A DNA stretch of 64,000 nucleotides from a virus (Duplodnaviria > Caudoviricetes). A program made the translations under genes and the position numbers. This document shows positions 17,868 to 27,602 of the stretch, piece after piece. The first letter of the stretch is position 1. Each line of letters opens with the position of its first letter. The stretch spans positions 138,698 through 202,697 of IMG/VR virus record IMGVR_UViG_3300027782_000029; one strand, 5' to 3'. The notes beneath the pieces are model-generated. The model did not search any database, had not been told where the DNA came from, and saw only the letters and a list, made by a program, of their open reading frames with translations.

Positions 17868-18438
17868 AATTGTTATTATAACCTGTTGGGATGGCCTGTC
17901 CATATGTAGCTGTGAATACTGCTCCACTAGTTACAAAGTGTGGCTCATCTGGTCTAAACACTCCAAATGAATTTGGTGCGCCCTGTTCTTGCGTTCTTGG
18001 GCCGTGGCCTGTATTAGAGAATACATTACTTGAAGTAACGCCGTCAAATATATTATTATTATAACGGTACTCGTTGTATCTTAGTTCATGTCCAAAGCTA
18101 GAAGGGAAAGCCTTTGAGCCGGCAAGACCCTTGAAAGTATCTGGGTTAAATCTACCAAAACCATAACCATTTCTAAAAGTTCCAGAAAGTGGGTGAATGT
18201 AATAGCTTACACCTCTAAAGATCTGAGACATGAATACGTCACCTGGGAAGTATCCTGTGCCAGGAACGTGTGCATTATCTGGTGCCCCAGTCAATACTTG
18301 ACTTGTATTGTAGAGTGGGTAGTAGGAGTAGGTCCCCTTGCCCTTTGCCTTGCCCGTCATAGAGGTATATGGATTGACCATATCGTTAGTATTAACGCCT
18401 CTTAGGACTGGTCTTGGACCAACGTAAAAAGTAGCCAT
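17812..18438 (-). CDS. Gly/aromatic-rich putative virion protein
   Basis: 208 aa with strong RBS (AAGGAG); composition resembles structural proteins. Confidence 0.6.
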   Translation of the reverse strand: MATFYVGPRPVLRGVNTNDMVNPYTSMTGKAKGKGTYSYYPLYNTSQVLTGAPDNAHVPGTGYFPGDVFMSQIFRGVSYYIHPLSGTFRNGYGFGRFNPDTFKGLAGSKAFPSSFGHELRYNEYRYNNNIFDGVTSSNVFSNTGHGPRTQEQGAPNSFGVFRPDEPHFVTSGAVFTATYGQAIPTGYNNNYGKNKVQEWRGLPSSKAL

Positions 18439-18464
18439 TTTATTCTCCTTGCAAAAAGTATTTA

Positions 18465-18475
18465 GCTATATAGTA
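18465..18475 (-). promoter_or_regulatory. Candidate late-promoter motif TACTATATAGC
   Basis: 27 nt upstream of the 18438 ATG in one of the few intergenic gaps; a near-identical copy lies at 17506-17516. Confidence 0.35.
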
Positions 18476-18508
18476 GAAAGGTTTATCGATTTTCTAAGTC
18501 AAGTATAA

Positions 18509-19771
18509 CTAAATATAGTCAACTTCTATGATTAAATCTGATAAAACTGGTGGTATTTTGTCTTCTAGCATCTTCATGGTCACTTCTATATACACCTCAG
18601 TTGAGGTTCCTTGGTTTTCAAGGGAATAGGTAGACCCATTCTTGTAGAAAATCCTATACTGAAAAACGTCAGACAGAACAGTTTGAGATACGTTATATAT
18701 CTTTGGTGACACATTGATAATCTCATTTATTACTTTTCCTGATGGGGCAGTAAATTTGACAAAGGATCTACCAGTTGGTAGGAACTTCTCATATCTAACA
18801 TCAAAATCAGATAGACCATAAGTGTAAACGTACTTATTGTTTTCAACAATATAATTTCTCTGTCTCAAGAGGACTCTAAAGGCTGTTATGGGCTTTTCTG
18901 CATAGTAGAAGTGCAGAGGACCAGCATTGACAATGGTGTCAGAACCAAGAGTAGGCCAGCCTCCAGGAGCTACCTTACTGAGTGCATCTAGATTGTCTTC
19001 ATACAGGCCCTGATCATTTAGGGGAACGTAGCTGTCTGCCTCCGTAAGGGTTGGGCTTGGCTTAGTAGTGTATTCCACCTTGACTACATCAACACCATTA
19101 TGTGGATATGGAGAAAGGGTTAAGATATTAGAAAGAGTAGAACCTATAGAGCTAGAAGGAATCTTAACGTACAAGTAAAGACTAACGCCTAATGGGTTTG
19201 ATGAGTTTAATATTACGTTTCTTCTCCAGACTTTATCTGGTTGATTTAGAAATGCGTTTTGAACTGGCGTTGTATCTATGATGGCACCATTACCGTCTCC
19301 TCCAGGGAGACTAAGGTCTATTCTTGTGTCTAGGAACTCTGGGATTATCTGACCTTTTGTTGGGTTGATAAACTTTATTTTAGAATGCGAAGAACCTGAT
19401 ACTACAGGCAGCGATAGCAAGTTTGAATACTCATCAAACTGAAGAGCTTCAGATGTGGATACAGCATTAACGGTATTTACAAATGGCCCATTGTCTATCT
19501 GAGACCTAGAGTAAAGTGATATCTGGTTTGTATTCTGGCTCTCTATGCTACGTATTCTTTCAAATAAATCATTGACAGCATTGGAAAGGAATATGTTATC
19601 TTTGATAATTCTTTCAATTATCTCATTAACTTTTTTATCTAGAACTCCATACTTATTATAGAGATATATCAGGTCTGCGTAGTTTTGCTCTGTTCTTTCG
19701 TTGAAGTCAGTGCTCGAAAGCGGACCATGGTATTGCTGTGGTTTTTTTTGTGTGTAAATAAATTCTGACAT
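18509..19771 (-). CDS. Putative tail/baseplate structural protein (420 aa)
   Basis: Beta-rich composition; N-terminal GPLSSTDFN motif shared with neighbouring genes. Confidence 0.65.
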   Translation of the reverse strand: MSEFIYTQKKPQQYHGPLSSTDFNERTEQNYADLIYLYNKYGVLDKKVNEIIERIIKDNIFLSNAVNDLFERIRSIESQNTNQISLYSRSQIDNGPFVNTVNAVSTSEALQFDEYSNLLSLPVVSGSSHSKIKFINPTKGQIIPEFLDTRIDLSLPGGDGNGAIIDTTPVQNAFLNQPDKVWRRNVILNSSNPLGVSLYLYVKIPSSSIGSTLSNILTLSPYPHNGVDVVKVEYTTKPSPTLTEADSYVPLNDQGLYEDNLDALSKVAPGGWPTLGSDTIVNAGPLHFYYAEKPITAFRVLLRQRNYIVENNKYVYTYGLSDFDVRYEKFLPTGRSFVKFTAPSGKVINEIINVSPKIYNVSQTVLSDVFQYRIFYKNGSTYSLENQGTSTEVYIEVTMKMLEDKIPPVLSDLIIEVDYI

Positions 19772-19783
19772 ATTTTACCTTAT

Positions 19784-20218
19784 TTATTGAAGATCTGTGA
19801 TTTTTTCTAAGTCATCTAATTTCTTTTTTAGTAAAGAAATCTTTGAAGAATTTATTCCATTTTTATAGAACTGTAAAGCACTGTTGTTAAACCTGTTTAA
19901 AGATACGACATCGTATTCTTCATTAACCTTGTCGTAAGTTACTTTTTGACCATAGATAGTCATAGACAAAAGCTGATCGATATAGTAACCAGGAGTTGCT
20001 GAATCCAGACTATTATCACATAGATCAGATATTTCAGATATAGCCCCATAAATGTTTTCGGTATTCTTTGACAACCTTGCTATGTCCAACATTAGTTGGT
20101 CGTAATATAAATTTAAAGTATTACTTGATATCGGCCCATTAAATGGGGTCCTCTGCCTAGTAATGTTGGGCTGGAAAGTGTTTTTTCTTTTATTAAAAAG
20201 TGAGTATGTTTTTGCCAT
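19784..20218 (-). CDS. Putative tail structural protein (144 aa)
   Basis: Shared GPISSNTLN...D motif; module context. Confidence 0.6.
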   Translation of the reverse strand: MAKTYSLFNKRKNTFQPNITRQRTPFNGPISSNTLNLYYDQLMLDIARLSKNTENIYGAISEISDLCDNSLDSATPGYYIDQLLSMTIYGQKVTYDKVNEEYDVVSLNRFNNSALQFYKNGINSSKISLLKKKLDDLEKITDLQ

Positions 20219-20224
20219 GATTTC

Positions 20225-22420
20225 CTAATGTTTAAACTTTACTGTATAAGAATTGATAGCTGGAGCAGAATAGGCAGACTGACCCCTAAGTAGGTCAGCC
20301 CTTAATCTTATGGATTGAGTTTGGTTTTGTGTATTTGAATAATAATACACTTTTGTTCCAGCTTGAATTTCTTCAGTTCTCCTGTAAGCAATCTCATAAT
20401 TGTTTTGGTAATTAATTATTGAAAATACATTGTCAGAATTGGAGTAGTATAATCTTAAGTCTTCTATTCTTACTTCGTAAAGATAATTTCTATATGCTTT
20501 AATTCCATCTACTGAGAGTATTGACTTGTCCTTCAATAGTGAGATTGTTCCATTAAAAGTAGTTTCAGTTCCAGAAGTATTATTTGTTGACTTATTGATT
20601 ATGATGATTAAATCATTCTGACCCTTTTTTATATCCAAGGTCATATTAGCGCTAAGCACTCCTGGTGTAAGCGTATTGTTTGAAGTGACGTCATTTCCGT
20701 TTAAGTATATTTTAATGTCCCAATACTGCGCAGACAAAGACTTTAAGAAAAGATCATTAATTTGAATATTGTTTTCTGCATAGAGGTGAGTAGATAGGTG
20801 AATGCTACCATAAGGTATGTTGTCTGCAGTAAAAAAGTTCTGAGTATTGTCTATAGTGCTATTATAAGATGTGTATACAATGTCGTTTTTTTGACCTGTT
20901 AAAATCTGCTGCCAAGTTTCTTTGTCTATACTTGAGCCACCTGATATGCTAACCTTTAATTGATTACTAGAAACATTCTCTAATATGTACGAGTTATATG
21001 GCTTAACTCCTTGTGGGAATTTAGCAGATCTATAAACATTAAAGCCCAAAACTGATGAATCGTTTTGATAAAAATAATCTGGTATAGGATTATTAAGAGT
21101 TTCAGACCTTGGTATTCTTACCATGCTTTGCAAACTAGAGACTATCTCGCCATTTACGCTATCCACTAAAGATGATTGCACAAAGTTAGAACCATTAAAG
21201 TTAACTACTGTAGCACTCGTTGGATCTGATATCGCAGACTGAGATATTGAAGTCCAATTGAAATCATATATATTAGTTGCACTAGTGTTATCAGGGGCTA
21301 CATAGTATCTAATTTCTGTTCCCGTAGGAAGATGCTGGTCTACACTAATGCTGACAGCATCTATAGCTAACTTGGAATTATTCTGGCTTGGAAGACTCAT
21401 TGGAGTGCTGACCATAGTGGCTACAGCATCATAGTACGGAGCAGAAATAATTAATTCATCTATTCTAAAATCATAGTTATAAACTATTGAATTGTTTTCT
21501 ATTGTAGTATAGTCTGGTTCAGATTTAGTAAGATATAATTCAACTGCATTTGTTTTTTGCGGAGTCAAATGAAAAGAAAATCTATCATAATCTGCTGAAT
21601 TAGATTTCATAAAAGATGCAGAGTTTGATCTAGTTACTTGATCTACAACTATGATTCCTATGTCGACTGGTTTTTGAGAAGATATCTTTCCTTCAACCAA
21701 AGATATAGACTCGCTAGCAGAAGAAACAGGAACAGTTATCTTTAGTGTGCATATTCCCAATGAGGAAGACTTGTGAGAGTACGACCACTCTAGGTTGTTT
21801 AAACCATTGAAGACATTTGAAAAATTTACAACCTCGCTCTTAACTTCAGCACCTTCAAATATTATTGAAACATTTGTATTATTTGCTGTGTTTAATATAT
21901 TTCCAACATAATCAAAAAGTCCAGAAGTTAATTTTGGTATAGTCGCTTTTCGTACGGAAGTATCTATGTGTGCATTTGAGTAATTGAGATCGACCATATC
22001 TATGTTATTGAAAGCGTTTGTGATCGAGTAATAGAATCCATCTGTATTTGCAAGCGAAAACATTTGATCGTCTACTTTTTTTTCTAGCTCAACCCTTTTG
22101 CTTCTTATGTCTTCTAGCCTGGTAGTGTAAGCGTTGACTATATCATAGAGTTCTTCTACCTGCTCATGATACACATCATACAAGACGTCTACATTAAACA
22201 AAGTGTGCACCATTACTCTATTCAACTTTTCTGGATCAATTACTTGATTAGAACTTATGTCATTATAGGGAACTGGTATTGTATTGCCGGCTTGAAATCT
22301 AGAAAAATACCTAGAATAAATTGCGTTGATTTCATTATCTGAAGGAGCTTGACCTAGGGCGTAATACATCTTGTATATTGTGTCTAAGAATCTTTTCTTT
22401 TGTACACTCTGTATGCTCAT
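20225..22420 (-). CDS. Putative tail/baseplate structural protein (731 aa)
   Basis: Asn/Ser-rich beta-structure composition; C-terminal PAINSYTV motif. Confidence 0.65.
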   Translation of the reverse strand: MSIQSVQKKRFLDTIYKMYYALGQAPSDNEINAIYSRYFSRFQAGNTIPVPYNDISSNQVIDPEKLNRVMVHTLFNVDVLYDVYHEQVEELYDIVNAYTTRLEDIRSKRVELEKKVDDQMFSLANTDGFYYSITNAFNNIDMVDLNYSNAHIDTSVRKATIPKLTSGLFDYVGNILNTANNTNVSIIFEGAEVKSEVVNFSNVFNGLNNLEWSYSHKSSSLGICTLKITVPVSSASESISLVEGKISSQKPVDIGIIVVDQVTRSNSASFMKSNSADYDRFSFHLTPQKTNAVELYLTKSEPDYTTIENNSIVYNYDFRIDELIISAPYYDAVATMVSTPMSLPSQNNSKLAIDAVSISVDQHLPTGTEIRYYVAPDNTSATNIYDFNWTSISQSAISDPTSATVVNFNGSNFVQSSLVDSVNGEIVSSLQSMVRIPRSETLNNPIPDYFYQNDSSVLGFNVYRSAKFPQGVKPYNSYILENVSSNQLKVSISGGSSIDKETWQQILTGQKNDIVYTSYNSTIDNTQNFFTADNIPYGSIHLSTHLYAENNIQINDLFLKSLSAQYWDIKIYLNGNDVTSNNTLTPGVLSANMTLDIKKGQNDLIIIINKSTNNTSGTETTFNGTISLLKDKSILSVDGIKAYRNYLYEVRIEDLRLYYSNSDNVFSIINYQNNYEIAYRRTEEIQAGTKVYYYSNTQNQTQSIRLRADLLRGQSAYSAPAINSYTVKFKH

Positions 22421-24928
22421 TTATACTACCTTCATTCCTATCTTGTAGGAGTATATAATTGGAGTAGAATTAACTACTCTATCTTTCTTCATTACAGCTT
22501 TAAATACAACTGAATTTATTTCTTGTGGAACTTCTGGAGAGTTAAAGTATGCTATTTGACTAAGGTTTGTTGTAGTGGTTAAGTTTTGATTGAAAGCCAA
22601 TACTTCTGGTATTCCAGCAAAATTCTTTTCCATTGGAGAAATTTGTATCCACTTTGATCCATTGTCTACGCTAATATAGTAATCTATTCTTGATGTGCCA
22701 ATGATTTCCCCAGAGGAATCTACCTCAACAGGAGAGTGGTCTTCAACTTGAAGGCTCAATAACTCTAGCTTACCGTATATCTTATATGGCTTAGATACAA
22801 TCTCGCATACGTCAGCATAAGACTCATAGCCTACAAAAATATCTCTGATCCCGATTGCTGCTCTATCTGCTTTAAGGTATTCAAAATTTCTTTTTAAAAA
22901 CAAATCTTTATTTTTTTGAGCGTCCGTTGCATCCTGAGAAGTTTCTCTAGTCAGGTTTGTTGCAGTTGGAAAATTAACTACCTTAATAAAGAATGAATTA
23001 GCTAATTGAGAAACCGCCAAAGTTCCAGCACTAATTGCAACAGAAAAAGATAAACCGCTTACTGCAGATACTTTATACTTACCTCTTGTTACTAGGTCTA
23101 AGTCTGAAGAAGTGTTTATGTAAACATAATCATTAACTGCAAGACCATGAGCCTCTTGACAAGTAACGGTTGCAGTACCAGATGCTGCAGATATGGATGT
23201 TATCTTCTTCTTAAGCGAGTTAACATATTGTTCCATATCTTGTTCTGCTAAAACAAAAATTACTAAGGGACCAGATTTATCGTCTGTAGCATTTTCTTGC
23301 AAGATTGTACCCAATACTGAATTAGCTGTAGTTTGTTCTGTATACTTTTCTGCCATTGTCTTAGATGAAACAAATACTCTAAAAGAACCGACTCCCTGAA
23401 TATACTTCAACTGTCTGTAATAGTAAGTCGTTGCATCTTTTATAAAGTTAATAGTACTTATGGTTCTATTAGTTAATTCAAAATACTTTACATTAACCCT
23501 AACAATATTTGTGGTAGACGATTTTTTTTCAGTAGGTTTTCCTATGAATGGGACTACAACACTTTTGTCCCATGATACTGCTTCTGACTTATAGTTGTTG
23601 GCGTCAGAAACTATTGCGCTAGCAGTAAATCTATCTTGCCCCATCCATTTAACTGCTCCCTGTGTAGCTAGGTCTCTAGTCTCATATGGAGTCCAGTATG
23701 CATGTTTGATGCTAACCTCTTTAAACTCAGCTTGTTCAAAAGTAATATATATTTTGTTTGCTTTAATCTTTTGAAACTTAAAAACACCCTTATTATAGAA
23801 GTATCTATTTTTTAAAGACAGTGATGGAGCTGAGATGTCAGAGCCTATGTATATTGATTCGTTAGAAAAAAGATCTGTTGTCCTATTAACTGTTTCATCT
23901 AAGAGTTTTATTGAAGTAATTTTTATATTTTTAATAGAAGCTATTTGATCATATCCAAAAAATGGAACCACAGAGATGTGATTTATATATTCACTTTTTT
24001 TATTTGGCGTTTGTATCTCCACCGTTAATTTAAGTGGTTTAGTTTTATCAAAAGATGACCAATTAATAAATGATTGATTTATGCCAGTAGTAGTGTTTGA
24101 ATATAAGAATTCATAATCTCTTCTAGAAACTGTGCCAAGTACGCCAAGCGTATCCCCAAACTGCTTAACGTTAATAGCCTCATACTCAAAGTATGTAGCT
24201 GGACTCTCGTCAAGCATCGCTAGTTCATTAGACCTTAGTAAGGCGCTATCCTTTTCATAAAGAAATGGATTTCCTTTAGATTCATCCGTTTGGAATAAGT
24301 GATAGCTGCCAGCTAGTCCATTGGATATGTCAACGGTTTGGATATTCTTAGTTATCACATCGTTGTAGTTTTGATTAACTATTTTAATAGATCCAGACAT
24401 TTTCTTTATCTTGTTAGTTGGCAAACAAGCAAAGCCATTTGAAACTTCTGGCATTCTGTTTTGTTTAATTTTGTCAACATCTACAAAATCTAAATTATTA
24501 AATAAGTCACCAAAATAAGTAATGTTAGTTGCTGAACTAGAAGAATATAAATCTAAAACATTTATTTTAGATCTTATTCTTGAAATAAGATTCTTTTCTA
24601 GCTCTATTTGATTAGAAATTTGATTAAATGTATTGACATAGTTAGCAACTAATGAATCAAATTGATTCAATATCATGTTGACATCTTTAGATATATTTGA
24701 AGAAAAATTATTAAACTTCTCAGATGATGGTATCTCACCCTTGTTGAAGAACTTTAATTCAGATAGAGGAGAGCCAATTGAAGTTTGAATTTGAGACAAA
24801 AGATCCTTGTATGCTTTGTCAAAATCTTTTGGATTGTTATTCTCATTTTTTGCATACTTTAACAAAAAGTCTTGAACTTTAGATATTACCTGGCTATAAG
24901 CAAGGGTGTCTGTAGATAATTGCGCCAT
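22421..24928 (-). CDS. Putative tail/baseplate structural protein (835 aa)
   Basis: N-terminal GEIPSSEKFN motif; C-terminal TPIIYSYKI motif. Confidence 0.65.
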   Translation of the reverse strand: MAQLSTDTLAYSQVISKVQDFLLKYAKNENNNPKDFDKAYKDLLSQIQTSIGSPLSELKFFNKGEIPSSEKFNNFSSNISKDVNMILNQFDSLVANYVNTFNQISNQIELEKNLISRIRSKINVLDLYSSSSATNITYFGDLFNNLDFVDVDKIKQNRMPEVSNGFACLPTNKIKKMSGSIKIVNQNYNDVITKNIQTVDISNGLAGSYHLFQTDESKGNPFLYEKDSALLRSNELAMLDESPATYFEYEAINVKQFGDTLGVLGTVSRRDYEFLYSNTTTGINQSFINWSSFDKTKPLKLTVEIQTPNKKSEYINHISVVPFFGYDQIASIKNIKITSIKLLDETVNRTTDLFSNESIYIGSDISAPSLSLKNRYFYNKGVFKFQKIKANKIYITFEQAEFKEVSIKHAYWTPYETRDLATQGAVKWMGQDRFTASAIVSDANNYKSEAVSWDKSVVVPFIGKPTEKKSSTTNIVRVNVKYFELTNRTISTINFIKDATTYYYRQLKYIQGVGSFRVFVSSKTMAEKYTEQTTANSVLGTILQENATDDKSGPLVIFVLAEQDMEQYVNSLKKKITSISAASGTATVTCQEAHGLAVNDYVYINTSSDLDLVTRGKYKVSAVSGLSFSVAISAGTLAVSQLANSFFIKVVNFPTATNLTRETSQDATDAQKNKDLFLKRNFEYLKADRAAIGIRDIFVGYESYADVCEIVSKPYKIYGKLELLSLQVEDHSPVEVDSSGEIIGTSRIDYYISVDNGSKWIQISPMEKNFAGIPEVLAFNQNLTTTTNLSQIAYFNSPEVPQEINSVVFKAVMKKDRVVNSTPIIYSYKIGMKVV

Positions 24929-24938
24929 AATAATAATC

Positions 24939-27602
24939 CTAATTTATTTTATTCTTAAATAAGTTATCATATTTTATTAAATTAATCAATAAAGAATCTC
25001 TTCTTTCAGAAGAAAATTTAAATATTAATCTATCTACTGAATAGTTTTGAGGATCAGACGTTAAAGATCTCATGACAACCCTGTACCTAAAGGACTTAGG
25101 AACGTACTGATATAGTACTTTAAATCCTGTTTTAATTTGTTTATTAAATATGATTGAGTCCCCCGAATGAATGAACAAAACTAAGTCTGACGTATAGAAC
25201 TGTTCTATTGAAAAATTATCAATTAAATAATTAGATAGATTAACTGCAGCACTTCCGTCACTCATTAAAATTTTGACTGGTGAATAATTTGAATAATCAT
25301 GATTATTTATTGCTGCAGAAGATGTAGTCACTGTACCTAGGACTGGAGAATAGATTGCATTAATAAACTTTGAACTGTCTATATACGGGTCATTAGATAG
25401 TCTGACCCTATTCCCAGCTGAAGTGCCACTAAAGTATTCTCCATTAGATCCATTATAATTTGGACTTATTAACATTGGAGTTGCTACGCCCCTAGCGTGA
25501 AGGTCAACCTCTTTATATAGGCCTACGTTGCTTGGGGTATAAGAAACAAAATATGCACTGTTTGGATTGTATGAATTAATTTTTATACTTCTGCCGTTTA
25601 AAGCTGTAATACCATTAATCTTTGTTGCGGAATTTTCATATAGGTAGATAGATGTTAGGTCTGGGTTAAACCTTAGAGTGCATTCTCCATTAGAGTTTGG
25701 AAAAATCTTTTCAGATCTTATTGAGCTATCTCCATATGGGATAATTGGTTTCCAATCAGATTCGCTAGTTGGACTATCTACTACAGAGACACTAAACTCT
25801 ATTGAGGTCTTATCATTATTTGGCTGAGAAGACTTGTTTGTTATCTCACTGAAATAATCAGTTAACATTTTTGTTTTGATTGGTCTTCCCTTGGTGTCAA
25901 TTTTTCTACTAACAAAAAATGATTTTGTTTTTGATGCGTCTGATGGACTGCTTGTACTTAATGTAAACATTCCAAAGTTTTTAAAAGAAAAACTATATTC
26001 ATACATATTTATTGTTTCTACACTGTTTAAAATATTTTCTGCGTCTGACTTATCAAAGGCAGCAAAGTTCTGCTCAAAAAAGTGCAAGTTTTTATCGACT
26101 ATATTAGAGTCACCGATTGGAGCTAGTCCACTAGACAGCATTGATTGCACTGACTTTGTAGCGTCTCTTGCATTGGATTCAATATACGTCGATGCTAATT
26201 GATTCCTTAATCTAGATCCTATCGTATAAGAAACTACAGAAAAAATCATATTAGATAGAAGTGATGTATTTTTAAACTTATTAAAAGAATCAAGATCTGA
26301 ATAGTATCCATCCTTAGTAAGTTTTTCTACCACACCAAAGTTCTTCTTAGACAAAGAGTCTGGATAATAGCTAGTAAAATTATAATTATATACTTTTTGA
26401 TTTCTTAATATATACGATTTTTCAGTGTCTTTTAAGAAAAATTTAATAACATAGTCTTGTAGGGTATCATGTTTGTCAGATTTAGACTTCCTTATCTCCG
26501 ATACTATTTCAGATATAAGTTTAGAACTAGACTCTGATTGTATTGGAGAGATCTTTGTTCTTGCATAATTTGTTTGAGCGAAGATAACTATGATTGATTT
26601 TACTTGATAGGTTTGGTCAAAATCAATATCTTGATCTTTTTCTAAAGAATAAGTTGCGTCCAATAATGGTTTCTTTGAAAGAACTTTTGAAGATCTTGTT
26701 GAAGCTCTTGTATCCTCCGTCTCTACAACTATTTGTGCTACCAACAGTCCTTTTGTATAGTTTGGAGATATTCTTAATCTAGCAAGAGGGAGAAGTCTGT
26801 TGAATTCTATTTTGACCGCAACCTGTGCAGAAGATGGGACTTCAACTCCATTTCTATAGTTTGAATACTCTGGTTGATCAAAAATAGAAGTCTTAATAAC
26901 AAAAGGGCTTTTAGCAGTTAGGCTCCAGCATTGGGAGTTTACACTATTGAATATCTTTTCAACACCCGTATCAGAAGATATAAACTGTTTAGAAAAATTA
27001 GTATCATACGTTATACTTTTAATCTCATTGTTTGAAATGTTATTTAAAAGAAAATTATAACTTTGAGAATATTTTAGAGTTCCTGTTGCACTATCTACGT
27101 ATGCTAGCTGACTATTAACAAAAGAAGAACCATCTCTATCTGGAATAATTATATTTTGATTTTCATTTATATATGAATTTTGTTCATTATCAAAATTTTC
27201 TATAAAAGAAGAGTTATACAAATCGTCTTCCCCAGATATGAATGAATAGTTATTTATATAAGAATCCATATAGCTAATATCTTTTTCTATTTTTTGCAAT
27301 TCACCACCAAATACATTTGACATAGAAGACCCTAAAAGCATTATTGATTGAGAAATGTCGTATTGAGTTCTTACTCTTAGGTCAAGATCCCTAAACATGT
27401 CAAGTATTACAGTTCTTTGAATTGGCTGCATTTGCCTAATCATAGCTGGAGAAAAGTCTGACGGACCAGTAAATGATGAAATCTTATTAATCAATCTTCC
27501 TAATTCTGATTTTTCTGCGGAAGAATCGGCTAGTATAGACTTGATTGCTTTTCTTGATTGGGAGCTAAAAGATGTGACATAATCACTTAATTGAGTTTGC
27601 AT
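24939..27602 (-). CDS. Putative tail/baseplate structural protein (887 aa)
   Basis: Module context; architecture similar to the preceding genes. Confidence 0.62.
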   Translation of the reverse strand: MQTQLSDYVTSFSSQSRKAIKSILADSSAEKSELGRLINKISSFTGPSDFSPAMIRQMQPIQRTVILDMFRDLDLRVRTQYDISQSIMLLGSSMSNVFGGELQKIEKDISYMDSYINNYSFISGEDDLYNSSFIENFDNEQNSYINENQNIIIPDRDGSSFVNSQLAYVDSATGTLKYSQSYNFLLNNISNNEIKSITYDTNFSKQFISSDTGVEKIFNSVNSQCWSLTAKSPFVIKTSIFDQPEYSNYRNGVEVPSSAQVAVKIEFNRLLPLARLRISPNYTKGLLVAQIVVETEDTRASTRSSKVLSKKPLLDATYSLEKDQDIDFDQTYQVKSIIVIFAQTNYARTKISPIQSESSSKLISEIVSEIRKSKSDKHDTLQDYVIKFFLKDTEKSYILRNQKVYNYNFTSYYPDSLSKKNFGVVEKLTKDGYYSDLDSFNKFKNTSLLSNMIFSVVSYTIGSRLRNQLASTYIESNARDATKSVQSMLSSGLAPIGDSNIVDKNLHFFEQNFAAFDKSDAENILNSVETINMYEYSFSFKNFGMFTLSTSSPSDASKTKSFFVSRKIDTKGRPIKTKMLTDYFSEITNKSSQPNNDKTSIEFSVSVVDSPTSESDWKPIIPYGDSSIRSEKIFPNSNGECTLRFNPDLTSIYLYENSATKINGITALNGRSIKINSYNPNSAYFVSYTPSNVGLYKEVDLHARGVATPMLISPNYNGSNGEYFSGTSAGNRVRLSNDPYIDSSKFINAIYSPVLGTVTTSSAAINNHDYSNYSPVKILMSDGSAAVNLSNYLIDNFSIEQFYTSDLVLFIHSGDSIIFNKQIKTGFKVLYQYVPKSFRYRVVMRSLTSDPQNYSVDRLIFKFSSERRDSLLINLIKYDNLFKNKIN

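Noticed and set aside
17544-17927. Overlap of the 208-aa and 127-aa ORFs as a possible fifth frameshift
   Set aside because: The upstream ORF ends with a plausible C-terminus, there is no in-frame CGG, and the downstream ORF has its own in-frame ATG.
17413-18509. tRNA or structured ncRNA in intergenic gaps
   Set aside because: The gaps are short and show only a terminator hairpin; no cloverleaf was seen. Any recoding tRNA would have to lie outside this window.
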